DNA of 64,000 bases from an uncultured Phycisphaeraceae bacterium (GTDB lineage Bacteria > Planctomycetota > Phycisphaerae > Phycisphaerales > Phycisphaeraceae). Shown piece by piece: positions 36,638 through 45,717 of the stretch. Below the pieces are notes generated by a model. The model was not told where the DNA came from, ran no database searches, and saw only the letters and a program-made list of their open reading frames with translations. Location: assembly GCA_964649195.1 (NCBI GenBank), contig CAZYPK010000004.1, positions 8,000 through 71,999 on the forward strand, given 5' to 3'. The translations under genes were made by a program, and so were the position numbers. Each line of letters opens with the position of its first letter. Position 1 is the first letter of the stretch.

Positions 36638-36855
36638 AAGAGCCGCGACTCAACGAGTCGCGGACGTGAACGGCCTGAAGGATGGTCAAACACACCTTCG
36701 ACAGCAGAACTCGAACACGACAGACACCACACTTCGCAACCGGGAGACAACCGGGGGCAACCGGCGGCAACCGCGCGATCGACGCTGATCATCCGCCGCG
36801 CGAAGGACGCCTCTTCAGGCTGTTTACGTCCGCGACGTGTTACGTCGCGGCTCTT
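36638..36855 (+). repeat. Repeat family R2, copy C
   Basis: AAGAGCCGCGACTCAACGAGTCGCGGACGTGAACGGCCTGAAGG ... CTTCAGGCTGTTTACGTCCGCGACGTGTTACGTCGCGGCTCTT. Lies 49 nt upstream of the MDR oxidoreductase start. Confidence 0.85.
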
Positions 36856-36903
36856 ATTCCGTCCATTTCGCTACCATGCACGCGACTTCAAGGAGGCTTC
36901 ACC

Positions 36904-37899
36904 ATGCGTGCCATGACTGTCACCCAATACGGCGGCCACGAGGTGCTCCGACTTCAGGACCTGCCCAAGCCCGTGCCCGGCGACAATGATCTGCTTGTCG
37001 AAGTCATTCGCGCCGGCTTGAATCCCGTCGATTTCAAAATCCGATCGGCGCCGCGCTGGGGTGAAAGGAAGTTCCCCTTCATTCTCGGTTACGACGTGAG
37101 CGGCGTCGTTCGCGGCATGGGCGCCAACTGCACGGGCTTCTTCCACATCGGCGATGAAGTCATCGCGTCGCCCAGTCTCAAACGTGACGGCTCCAATGCC
37201 GAGTATGTCTGCGTCGATCACCGCTCGGCGGCGAAGAAGCCTGCCACGCTCGATCACGACCACGCAGCCGCCCTGCCGCTGGCGGGACTCACCGCGTGGG
37301 AATCGCTGCACAATCACGGGCGGATGATGCCCGGTGAGGCCGGGGGCTGGGTGCTCATTCACGCAGGTGCGGGCGGCGTGGGCCACTTCGCCATTCAGCT
37401 TGCAAAGATTCACGGCTGCAAGGTCATCACCACCGCCGGCCGGGAGGAGACCATCGCCGTCTGCAAGGCGCTGGGTGCCGATGAAGTGATCAACTACAAG
37501 ACCGATGACATCGCGGCCCGCGTGACCGACATCACCGGCGGCAAACTCTGTCCGGTCGTCTTCGACACCGTCGGCGGCGAGACGTTCAATGTGTCGCTGC
37601 GCTGCGTCGGATACTACGGCCGCGTGGTCACCATCGTGCCCGGCATTCCGACCGATCACATCAACTCCCTCTTCGCCAAAAGCGCCTCGGTTCATCTGGA
37701 ATACATGGGCATTCCCACGATGTTCGATGTCGATCCGCAAAGGCAGGGCGCGACCCTGGCGAAGATGGCCTCGCTGGTCGATGAGGGCAAACTCAAGCCG
37801 ATCGTCAGCCATCGCGTGAAGCTGGAAAATCTCGCCGAGGCCCACCGCCTTCAGGAAACCGGCAGAACGATCGGCAAGATCGTCATCGAAGTGAAATGA
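36904..37899 (+). CDS. Zinc-type alcohol dehydrogenase / NADPH:quinone oxidoreductase (MDR family)
   Basis: AAGGAGG RBS before the ATG at 36904. IHAGAGGVGHFAIQLAK is the nucleotide-binding motif. GKIVI is at the C-terminus. Confidence 0.88.
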   Translation: MRAMTVTQYGGHEVLRLQDLPKPVPGDNDLLVEVIRAGLNPVDFKIRSAPRWGERKFPFILGYDVSGVVRGMGANCTGFFHIGDEVIASPSLKRDGSNAEYVCVDHRSAAKKPATLDHDHAAALPLAGLTAWESLHNHGRMMPGEAGGWVLIHAGAGGVGHFAIQLAKIHGCKVITTAGREETIAVCKALGADEVINYKTDDIAARVTDITGGKLCPVVFDTVGGETFNVSLRCVGYYGRVVTIVPGIPTDHINSLFAKSASVHLEYMGIPTMFDVDPQRQGATLAKMASLVDEGKLKPIVSHRVKLENLAEAHRLQETGRTIGKIVIEVK

Positions 37900-37917
37900 C
37901 CAAAGCCCACGGACTCC

Positions 37918-38135
37918 TCAAGGTCGTTTATTTCTCCGAAGCGCCTTTATCAGGAAACTCCAAATGACAAAGCTCAAGCTCCAAACAAGCTCCAAAATAC
38001 GAACATGGAACAAACAAGGAATTCGGATCACGCAGTATTTCCGCCTTTTTTCTTTGGAATTGGAGCTTGTTTGAGATTTGGTGATTGCGATTTGTGATTT
38101 CAGACCGCACGTCAACCAAGAATTAACCGGCCCTG
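37918..38135 (+). mobile_element. MITE family R3, copy 3 (diverged), inserted in a terminator hairpin
   Basis: Flanked by a perfect 9-bp direct repeat ACGGACTCC (37909-37917 and 38136-38144). Removing it restores the hairpin CCCACGGACTCCCGTCCGTGGG, identical to the one at 55429. Confidence 0.85.
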
Positions 38136-38193
38136 ACGGACTCCCGTCCGTGGGTTGATTCCCGTTCATCATCCACTGTTGGAATTCGCCATC

Positions 38194-39585
38194 ATGACCC
38201 GCCCCCGCTTTCCGCTTGAACCCCGGACCGTTCCGCAGATCAACACGAAACATCGCCGCATTGTCACGCCGATCCCCGCGCCGGGTTCCGTGCCGATCAT
38301 TGAACGGCTGCGCACGTTTGAGCCGCGCTCGATGGGCGGGCAGCCGGTGGTGCTCTGGGATCGCGCCCAGGGTGTTCACGTCTTCGATCGCTTCGGCAAC
38401 ATGTGGCTCGACTGGTCCAGCGGCGTGCTCGTGACCAACGCGGGCCACAATCACCCGAAGGTGAAGCAGGCGATGCTCGACCAGATCGAGCATGGCCTGG
38501 TCCACAACTACTGCTTCCCCTCCGAAGCCCGCGCGAATCTCGTCGAAGCGCTGGCCGGCGTCGCACCGGAAGGACTGAAAAAAATCTTCCTGCTCACCAC
38601 CGGAGCCGAGGCCACCGAGTGCGCCATCAAACTCGCCCGGACCTACGGCCGGCAGAAACATGGCCCCAAGAAGATCGGTCTCATCAGCTTTGAAAACGCC
38701 TTCCACGGCCGCACGCTCGGCTCGCAGATGGCCGGCGGAATCCCCGCCCTCAAGCAGTGGATCGTCAACCTCGACAAGGACATCACGCAGGTCCCCTTCC
38801 CCGACGAGTTCCGCAATCCTTCGCTGGATTTCAATGCGTTTCTGCGCGACCTCGAAACGAGAGGCATCACCCCGGATCGCATCGCGGGCGTGATGACCGA
38901 AACCTACCAGGGCGGCGACTCCGCCTTCGCGCCGCCTGCCTACATGCAACAGCTTCGCGCGTGGTGTACCGAACACGACATCCTGCTCATCTGCGATGAA
39001 GTGCAGGCCGGTTTCGGACGCACCGGCAGATTCTGGGGCTTCGAGCACTACGGCATCACCCCCGACATCATCTGCTGCGGCAAGGGCATCAGCAGCGGCA
39101 TGCCCCTGAGCGCGGTCATCGGCCGCAACGATGTGATGGACCTCTACCCGCCCGGCTCGATGACCAGCACGCACACCGGCAACCCCGTCTGTGCCGTCGC
39201 GGCGCTGGCCAGCCTGCGGGCGATCATCGACGAAGGCATGGTCGAAAACGCGGCGAAGGTCGGCGAAGTGATGCAGGCCGGCCTGCGTGATATTCAAGTG
39301 AAACACAGCACATACATCGGAGCCGCGCTGGGCAAGGGACTGGTCGGCTCGCTGCACATCATCAAGCCCGGCACGACGGAGCCGGATGGCGACCGCGCCG
39401 CGGATATCGTCAAACGCTGCATCGAAAAAGGGCTGATGCTCTTCGCCCCCGTCGGTTTTGGCGGAGCGTGCGTGAAGGTCTCGCCGCCGTTGTGCATCGC
39501 GGAGGAAGCGGTGCGCGAGGGACTCGCGGTGCTGGAGGAAGCGGTGAGGGAATCACTGACGGGTGAAAACCCTGCGACATCGTGA
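38194..39585 (+). CDS. Class III pyridoxal-phosphate aminotransferase
   Basis: TTGAEATECAIKLAR, FHGRT, ICDEVQAGFGRTG and CCGKGISSG (PLP lysine) motifs. Confidence 0.88.
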   Translation: MTRPRFPLEPRTVPQINTKHRRIVTPIPAPGSVPIIERLRTFEPRSMGGQPVVLWDRAQGVHVFDRFGNMWLDWSSGVLVTNAGHNHPKVKQAMLDQIEHGLVHNYCFPSEARANLVEALAGVAPEGLKKIFLLTTGAEATECAIKLARTYGRQKHGPKKIGLISFENAFHGRTLGSQMAGGIPALKQWIVNLDKDITQVPFPDEFRNPSLDFNAFLRDLETRGITPDRIAGVMTETYQGGDSAFAPPAYMQQLRAWCTEHDILLICDEVQAGFGRTGRFWGFEHYGITPDIICCGKGISSGMPLSAVIGRNDVMDLYPPGSMTSTHTGNPVCAVAALASLRAIIDEGMVENAAKVGEVMQAGLRDIQVKHSTYIGAALGKGLVGSLHIIKPGTTEPDGDRAADIVKRCIEKGLMLFAPVGFGGACVKVSPPLCIAEEAVREGLAVLEEAVRESLTGENPATS

Positions 39586-39643
39586 AATCAATCGCGGCAA
39601 TCGATGGCGCCGCTTTTCATAGGCCTGATGATCCGCCTACAAT

Positions 39644-39949
39644 ATGAAAGTCCAACGGTTCGGAGATATCCACATGCGAAAGCCCCCCACCGACGACATC
39701 AGGGATTCAATGCGGGAACGAGCGGAGTTGTTGTTTGAGCAACAAATTCGCGCGCAGGTTGACCAATCACGGCCAAACGATTTTGTTTTGATCGATGTCG
39801 AATCCGGCGACTACGAAGTCGATGCCGACGAAATGGCGGCTTCGGAGCGGTTGCGGTCGCGGCATCCGGATGCTTTGGTTTGGTGTCGCAAGGTCGGCTC
39901 TTCCCACTCCCGCCGATACCGCAGCTATCGGGGGTCAAGAACCGCATGA
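39644..39949 (+). CDS. Small hypothetical protein translationally coupled to the retropepsin-like gene
   Basis: ATGA overlap with the downstream gene. Core FVLIDVESGDYEVDADEMAASERLRSRHPDALVW. The start may be the ATG at 39674. Confidence 0.5.
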   Translation: MKVQRFGDIHMRKPPTDDIRDSMRERAELLFEQQIRAQVDQSRPNDFVLIDVESGDYEVDADEMAASERLRSRHPDALVWCRKVGSSHSRRYRSYRGSRTA

Positions 39950-40317
39950 TCTCCGGGGTTGTCAATAAAAATCTGGACCCGATTGTTCGTCTCCGGGTGA
40001 TCGGGAGCAACGGTCGTGATGAACTGGTTGACTTTGTCGTGGATACCGGATTCACCGGAGTCCTCTCCGTTCCGACGGCTGTTGTCAAACGCCTGCAACT
40101 CTCGTGGTCGCATCGGGCGGAGGCGGTCCTTGCCGATGGAAGCGTCTGCCAGCACGATGTCTTTGAAGGCGCCATCGAATGGAACGGAAAAGTGATCAGG
40201 GTGCCGTTTGATGCCGCTGATTCAGATGCGCTCGTCGGCATGACGATGATGGAGAATCATCGTCTGGCGCTTGACGTCATTCCAGGAGGCGGCATCTCCA
40301 TCGAACCATTGCCCTGA
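39946..40317 (+). CDS. Retropepsin-like (clan AA) aspartic protease domain protein
   Basis: FVVDTGFTG active-site-type DTG motif in a roughly 120-aa single-domain protein. Confidence 0.75.
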   Translation: MISGVVNKNLDPIVRLRVIGSNGRDELVDFVVDTGFTGVLSVPTAVVKRLQLSWSHRAEAVLADGSVCQHDVFEGAIEWNGKVIRVPFDAADSDALVGMTMMENHRLALDVIPGGGISIEPLP

Positions 40318-40323
40318 ATACCC

Positions 40324-41583
40324 ATGTCCACCCAGCTCACCATCCTCGGCGCAGGCATGATCGTTTACGATCAGGTTCTGCCATCCGTCTATCAGCTTCA
40401 GCGCGATGGGCTTGTCGATCAGATTCGCATCGTCGGCTCGCGCACCACGCGGCTGCGCGAACTGGCCGATGCGCGGTTTTCCGCCGCTTTTCCCGGCCAG
40501 AACTTCGAGGCGTTCCCACCGCTGAGCGAGCCGGAGCATCGCGTGTTTCCCGATCTGTGGAAGGAAACCGTGGCGGCGATGAAACCCAGGCAACTGGTGA
40601 TCGTCGCCACGCCTGATGAGCTGCATGAAGAGATGACGACTTTCGCGCTCATGCACGACCAGCATGTCATCTGCGTCAAGCCGCTGGTGCATGAGTACGA
40701 AAAAGCGGAGGCGATCCGCAAGCTCGCCCATTCACGCGGCCTGTTCGTCGGCATCGAGTATCACAAACGCTTCGATCGCCGCAGCCTCGAGGCACGCGGC
40801 TCCTACCGCGCCGGCCGCTTCGGCGAGTTCCGCTGCGGCGAAGCGAAACTCATCGAGCCCTGGTCGTACCGCACTTCCAATTTTCAGAACTGGTTCACCA
40901 GGGACAAGACCGATCCCTTCACCTACATCGGCTGCCACTATGTCGATCTTGTTCACTTCATCACCGGCCTTCGCCCCACCGAAGTCAGCGTGCGCGGCAT
41001 CGAAGGAAAATTTCCCAACGGCAACGAGGCCTACATGTGGTCCGCGGCACAGGTCGCCTTCGAGAACGGCGGCGTGCTCAGCGTCATCAACGGCCTGGGC
41101 TATCCCGATCAGAGCGCGGGCTCCAATGATCAGGGCATGTGCCTCTTCTGCGAAGCCGACGCGGGCGAAAACAGCGGCGGCGGCCTCATCGAGCATCGCG
41201 ACAACTTTCGTGGCGTCGCACATTCCTACATCACGCCGGCGAGCGGCGGCAAACGGTTTCACTTCATCAATCCCGACTACTTCCGCCTCGTGCCTTATAG
41301 CGGCAAAGGGCTGATGCCCGTCGGCTATGGGCATGACTCGATCGCGGCGCTGGTCGGGGCCGCGATTCGTGTTGAAGCGGCGGGCGCGGACATGGGCGAT
41401 GCTGCCGCGCTGCTGCGCCGGCAGCGGGAAATTGAAGCCATTGATGAGCGCGGGCTGCTGGCGACGCCGGGCAACAGCTTCATGAATGAGTTGGTTGTGG
41501 AGGCGGGCCGCGCTTCGATCGTTGGTGGTGGAACGCGGATGCGGATTGAGTATGAACCGATGCCGCGCGTGGTGTTGGGTTGA
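40324..41583 (+). CDS. Gfo/Idh/MocA-like NAD(P)-dependent oxidoreductase
   Basis: N-terminal Rossmann ILGAGMI and ATPDELHEEM...VICVKPL motifs. Confidence 0.7.
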   Translation: MSTQLTILGAGMIVYDQVLPSVYQLQRDGLVDQIRIVGSRTTRLRELADARFSAAFPGQNFEAFPPLSEPEHRVFPDLWKETVAAMKPRQLVIVATPDELHEEMTTFALMHDQHVICVKPLVHEYEKAEAIRKLAHSRGLFVGIEYHKRFDRRSLEARGSYRAGRFGEFRCGEAKLIEPWSYRTSNFQNWFTRDKTDPFTYIGCHYVDLVHFITGLRPTEVSVRGIEGKFPNGNEAYMWSAAQVAFENGGVLSVINGLGYPDQSAGSNDQGMCLFCEADAGENSGGGLIEHRDNFRGVAHSYITPASGGKRFHFINPDYFRLVPYSGKGLMPVGYGHDSIAALVGAAIRVEAAGADMGDAAALLRRQREIEAIDERGLLATPGNSFMNELVVEAGRASIVGGGTRMRIEYEPMPRVVLG

Positions 41584-41616
41584 CGAAAAGATCGACATTG
41601 CGAAGCCGCAAGCGGC

Positions 41617-42741
41617 TCAGGTTTTCATTCGCTGAAGCAGGATCGCGCTGGCGGGGAGGAACAGCACGACGGGAAGCCACGCGGCGACGACGGGATTCAC
41701 CCCCTGCCCCATCAGTTGCAACATGCCGACACCGGTCATCCAACCGCCGATGCTGATCGCGGCGCCGTTGACCGCCTGCTTGAGGGGGTTCACCGGCTCG
41801 CGGGTGACAAACAGCGGCAGCACGATGACCAGCACCAGCACGTTGAAGATCATCAGGCTGAACCGGCTGTGCATGATGCGAAGGATGGCCGACCGGTCCG
41901 CGGCGGGGTTGGTCATCAGCCGGCTCAGGTCGCCCATGCTCAGGAGCGCCGGGTAAATCGCCGCCCGCCGCGCCATCAGCACCTGCGGTGAAACGTCGCT
42001 CTCGAAAACATCGACCGGCTCCACGCGGCTGTTGACGATCAGACCGGGGTGACTTCCCGCACTGGTCCGGTGAATCGCCTGGGCGTTTTCCAGTTTCCAG
42101 TTTTTTCCCGCCTCATCCCACACCGCGCCCGTCGCCCTGATTCGACGCGCCGACCGGCCCGGCTGATTCCAGCCTTCCAGAATCGTCACCGACTCCAGCC
42201 GCTGCGACTGCGGATCGAAGCGGGCGGCGCTGAGCAGGTTCCCCTTGGAATCGTCGGCGTAATGCACGGCAAACGCCCGGCCCTTGATGGTCTTCAACTC
42301 GCTGACCTTGCGGGTGAGCTTGTCGATGAATCGGGGGATGACCAGCTCCTGATCGAGCAGCGTCAGGCCATTGATCGCGCAGGCCGCCACCAGCACCGGC
42401 GCCGCGACGCGGTACAGGCTGATGCCGCCGGCGATCATCGTGACCAGCTCGCCGGTGCGCGACAGGGCGGTGAACGTGAAGCCCATCGCCGCGATGACGA
42501 TCAGCCCGGCGAGATAGACATAAATGAAGCAGACCTGCGGGATGTAGAAGTCCAGCGCCACGCGAACCGTCGCCATGAAACCGCTCCCGCCATCGACCTC
42601 GGCGATGCGGCGGCCGGCATCCATGAACTCATCGAGGTTGAACATCAGATCAACCGTGACGATCATCGCCATGACAACGACCAGCAGGATGATGAAGTTC
42701 AGCAGGAAAAGCCGGAGAATGTAGCGGTCGAGAAGTTTCAT
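41617..42741 (-). CDS. LptF/LptG family permease (YjgP/YjgQ)
   Basis: MKLLDRYILR N-terminus, three TM helices, a periplasmic beta-jellyroll region, then three TM helices. Confidence 0.85.
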   Translation of the reverse strand: MKLLDRYILRLFLLNFIILLVVVMAMIVTVDLMFNLDEFMDAGRRIAEVDGGSGFMATVRVALDFYIPQVCFIYVYLAGLIVIAAMGFTFTALSRTGELVTMIAGGISLYRVAAPVLVAACAINGLTLLDQELVIPRFIDKLTRKVSELKTIKGRAFAVHYADDSKGNLLSAARFDPQSQRLESVTILEGWNQPGRSARRIRATGAVWDEAGKNWKLENAQAIHRTSAGSHPGLIVNSRVEPVDVFESDVSPQVLMARRAAIYPALLSMGDLSRLMTNPAADRSAILRIMHSRFSLMIFNVLVLVIVLPLFVTREPVNPLKQAVNGAAISIGGWMTGVGMLQLMGQGVNPVVAAWLPVVLFLPASAILLQRMKT

Positions 42742-42884
42742 GCGCTTCGGGCAACAGGCATCGGGCTTCGGGCAGGTGAAGGCAGTATAAACAGGCGGGA
42801 TGAGAAAACTTGAAATTTGAAATCCGAGACTCGAAACAAAGCCGAAGAACAGGATGCCGTCGTCTCATCTCCCTGTCGCACTCA

Positions 42885-45335
42885 TCACTTCACCTCGCCG
42901 AATTTCGCTTCGTAGGCGTTGACGGTTTCCTTCAACGTGTCGAGGGCTTTTTGAATCATCGGGCCTTGCTTGGTGTTCGTCGGGCGGGATTCCATGTTCG
43001 GTTGCAGCCGCTTCATGCTTGCGATGATCGGCCTGGCATCCTTGCCGAGTCTGGCGGCGACCTTGACCATGCCGCTGTTGCCCCATCGGTCGCCGACGAT
43101 CGTCCAGCAGGCCAGGTCCGCATTCAACTCCGGGAAGATTCGCTCGATCGCCGGCAGCAGCGGAATGAGATTCCCCGGCTGTTTGTCCATCTGAACATAA
43201 CGGAGCGTTTCGTAGATGTTGTTCAGATCGATCGGCAGCTTGAAGCCCTTGCGAAGCTCGGCGCGTGCGACCGACTCGGCCATGCCCGTCACGATTTCAT
43301 CCTTGAGCGCCGGGTTCACCTCGATGGCCTTCCTGAACACGGTGGTCGCGCCCCAGCGGCGGCTGGGGAGATTGGTGTCGGCGTCGTAGCTGGCCAGCAT
43401 CGCCGGCAGCGCCGAGCGGAATGTCGCGGTGTCCTTGATCAGCGGGTTCAGCGCTGCGAACGCCGCCGTGCGAAGCCACCACTCCTTTTCATCGAGATAG
43501 GGCGTGATCAAATCGAGGTTGGCGGCAATGGTCCCGGGGTCGCAGCAACTCATGGCCATCAGGGCGTAACGCTTTTCCCACATCGAGGCATCGGGATCCT
43601 TGAGCGGCTTGCATATCTGCGGGAGGAAGTGGGTGTTGATCATCTGCGGCGTGATCCTGCTGACCGTCTTGCCGACGCTCCAGCCGAGGGTGCAACTGAT
43701 CGCATCCAGCCCCGCCACGCGCAGGCGGGCATCGCTGCTGGCCAGCGCCTTCTTGATCTCCGGGATGGCGGCTTCACCCTGAAAGCCCAGGCCGTGCGCC
43801 GCCCATACGCGAAACGACGGCGAGTAATGGCGCATGATCCTGGCGTACCACTCGACGGGCATTTTGATGTTTTTGTCGCTGTTGATGGCCGGATTGCCTC
43901 CCTTGGAGAATGCCGCCGCGATCTCGTGCGGCTCATCCTTGATGATGACTCCATCGATGAAGTCGGTCCGGTGAAAGTCATCGGTCGCCAGGGCCTGCTC
44001 CACCGCCGTGGGCTTGTGTGGCATGCTGAACGGCGTGCGCGGCCTGCCGCAGATTCGCAGGTTCTTCAAATGAGCGGTGTAGGCCATCGCCATCAGACCC
44101 GTCTGGTATTGCGGCGCTTTTCCAATCGGCCCGTAGCCCGGATACCAAGGCGTTCTGAATCCGCCGCCGGGCATGCGGGAAAGTTCGAGGTACCAGATCA
44201 GTTTGTCCTTGTGACGGCGATAGGAATCCATGTGCTGCGCGGGCGCCAGGACATCGACGATGTTTCGCCATGCGATGTTGCCGAAGGTCGAGCCGTGCCC
44301 GGTCTCGCTGTCGAAGTAGGAATCGGTCTCGCTCAGCGCCAGCAGTTGGGCGGCGGCCTGAAACTTTTTGCCGGGCAGGAGCGTCAGCGCCGAGGCCACC
44401 CCGCCGTTCTTGCCGTTGGAAGCGGACCACAATTCGGGCAGATGGTCACCGTAGGGAACACCGCCCCGTCCGGCGAAACGGAAGAAGAACTTCAAGGCGT
44501 TGTCGTAGGTTTTTTCGTTGACCTCCACGCCGCATTCACGGGCGAGCACGATGGTGGTGAACGCCTGGGCGCCCGCGGCATTGACCAGCCCGCCGGTGAC
44601 ATAACCGGGCACGCAGTTCATGGCGCCGTGGCCCCAGCCGCCGTAATACTCGCCGGCGCTGAGCGTGTCGCAACGGGTCTTGAGCGCCGGCAGCACGCGC
44701 TTGTCGCCGGTGGCCAGGTAATACTCGCCGAGAAACATCCCGCTGTAGCCGATGTGCCAGACGCTGCCGCCGGCATTGGCCGCGGCGAGCTTGACCGCGT
44801 ACTTTTCGATGACGGGCAGGTATTTCTTCTCGCCGGTGGAGAGCAGGAACAACCCTTCGAGGTTGCCGGTGATCCCTTCGCCGGGTCCGCCATGCTTGAG
44901 GATGAACGCGGCGGTCTCGTCAACGATCCGCTGTGATTTCTTGCAGTTGGCGGGGTAGGTCGCGCCGTAGCTGCCGATCGGATCGAGCTGGATCACGACC
45001 ACACGCTTCGCCTCGCCGCGACGGATGCTGAACTTCATCTTTCCATCGCGTCCTTCCGCCGCGTTGATGGCGAAGCCCAGCGGATGGCGCGGATCGGTCA
45101 CCTTCAAGGATACGCCATCCACTTCTTCAAGCGCATCCCCTTTGAGGAGCTTGCCATCCGCCGGCGTGCCTGCCGTGACCTGTGTCACGCGCAGCGCCCC
45201 GCCGGTGATCCGGGCGTGGATTCCGGTCACGCCGACCATGAATTCCTCGGTGTCCTTGCCCGCCGGCAGTTCATTGGCCAGCGCCATGCAAGGCATCGCG
45301 GCAAGAAGGAAAATCGAAAGGACTGATCGCTTCAT
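42885..45335 (-). CDS. Secreted large protein with PDZ-like N-terminal domain and HEAT-like C-terminal repeats, hypothetical
   Basis: Start set at 45335 (MKRSVLSIFLLAAMPCMALA signal peptide). GDALEEVDGVSL is a PDZ-type segment. The upstream part of the ORF covers repeat R4. Confidence 0.7.
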   Translation of the reverse strand: MKRSVLSIFLLAAMPCMALANELPAGKDTEEFMVGVTGIHARITGGALRVTQVTAGTPADGKLLKGDALEEVDGVSLKVTDPRHPLGFAINAAEGRDGKMKFSIRRGEAKRVVVIQLDPIGSYGATYPANCKKSQRIVDETAAFILKHGGPGEGITGNLEGLFLLSTGEKKYLPVIEKYAVKLAAANAGGSVWHIGYSGMFLGEYYLATGDKRVLPALKTRCDTLSAGEYYGGWGHGAMNCVPGYVTGGLVNAAGAQAFTTIVLARECGVEVNEKTYDNALKFFFRFAGRGGVPYGDHLPELWSASNGKNGGVASALTLLPGKKFQAAAQLLALSETDSYFDSETGHGSTFGNIAWRNIVDVLAPAQHMDSYRRHKDKLIWYLELSRMPGGGFRTPWYPGYGPIGKAPQYQTGLMAMAYTAHLKNLRICGRPRTPFSMPHKPTAVEQALATDDFHRTDFIDGVIIKDEPHEIAAAFSKGGNPAINSDKNIKMPVEWYARIMRHYSPSFRVWAAHGLGFQGEAAIPEIKKALASSDARLRVAGLDAISCTLGWSVGKTVSRITPQMINTHFLPQICKPLKDPDASMWEKRYALMAMSCCDPGTIAANLDLITPYLDEKEWWLRTAAFAALNPLIKDTATFRSALPAMLASYDADTNLPSRRWGATTVFRKAIEVNPALKDEIVTGMAESVARAELRKGFKLPIDLNNIYETLRYVQMDKQPGNLIPLLPAIERIFPELNADLACWTIVGDRWGNSGMVKVAARLGKDARPIIASMKRLQPNMESRPTNTKQGPMIQKALDTLKETVNAYEAKFGEVK

Positions 45336-45520
45336 CAATAAAAATCTCCGTGGTATAAGGGCGTTCACTGGCCCTGATCTTTGATCCATTCCGGCAATGG
45401 CTCGCCGATGGCCAAGCCGATCCGCGTGTGCCGGATCGGGTTGCCGTGGCAATGATAGGCGTTGTCGGATGTGCCCATCTTTTGCGGCGGCGCGATGAGA
45501 AGTTTTGGGTGAGAAGTTTT

Positions 45521-45637
45521 GGGTGGCTGGGGCTGAGTCCGCGAAGCCCCGGCCCAAGGGACCACCAGCTATCAGTTGCTTCACCTTGCTTCGTGCGCCT
45601 GGGCCTGGGCTTCGCGGACTCAGCCCCAGCCACCCGC
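45521..45637. repeat. Repeat family R4 palindrome, copy 2
   Basis: Near-identical arms to copy 1. Preceded by the tandem GAGAAGTTTTGGGT x2. Ends in CCACCCGC at the junction with the TA cassette 1 leader. Confidence 0.8.
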
Positions 45638-45717
45638 CGGATCGTGACGTTCGCGCTCGGCGCCGGCAGCGGAACCCGCGGGAATTCCCGTGTGATTTCT
45701 GATATCATATTTGCACC
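45638..45717 (+). promoter_or_regulatory. Conserved leader of TA cassette 1 (putative promoter/operator)
   Basis: CGGATCGTGACGTTCGCGCTCGGCGCCGGCAGC...GGGAATTCCCGTGTGATTTCTGATATCATATTTGCACC is homologous to 46670-46758. Contains a TGATATCA palindrome and a TATCAT -10-like hexamer. Confidence 0.5.

Noticed and set aside
9786-36852. The dispersed CCGCGAC...GTCGCGG palindromes considered as CRISPR repeats.
   Set aside because: They are not in a regularly spaced array. They occur in pairs with different loops as the ends of a roughly 170-230 bp element. No cas genes are present and there are no unique spacers of constant length.
41603-41625. The AAGCCGCAAGCGGCT hairpin between convergent genes considered as a bidirectional terminator.
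   Set aside because: The stem is only 5-6 bp with a 4-nt loop, and it overlaps the stop codon of the LptF/G gene. It resembles the R1 core hairpin. The evidence is too weak to call.
42810-44936. 708-aa plus-strand ORF. Similar long antisense ORFs exist at 58038-60371, 60408-62741, 37918-39357, 8071-9528, 28286-29641, 35318-36547, 51030-52229, 51136-52470, 52605-53660, 25754-26773 and 14845-15864.
   Set aside because: Each lies opposite a gene with clear family motifs (PDZ/HEAT protein, VWA, MoxR, aminotransferase, GT4, HEAT, LOG, GT4, Gfo/Idh/MocA, DinG, GSIII). Each has arginine/glycine/histidine-rich, motif-free sequence.
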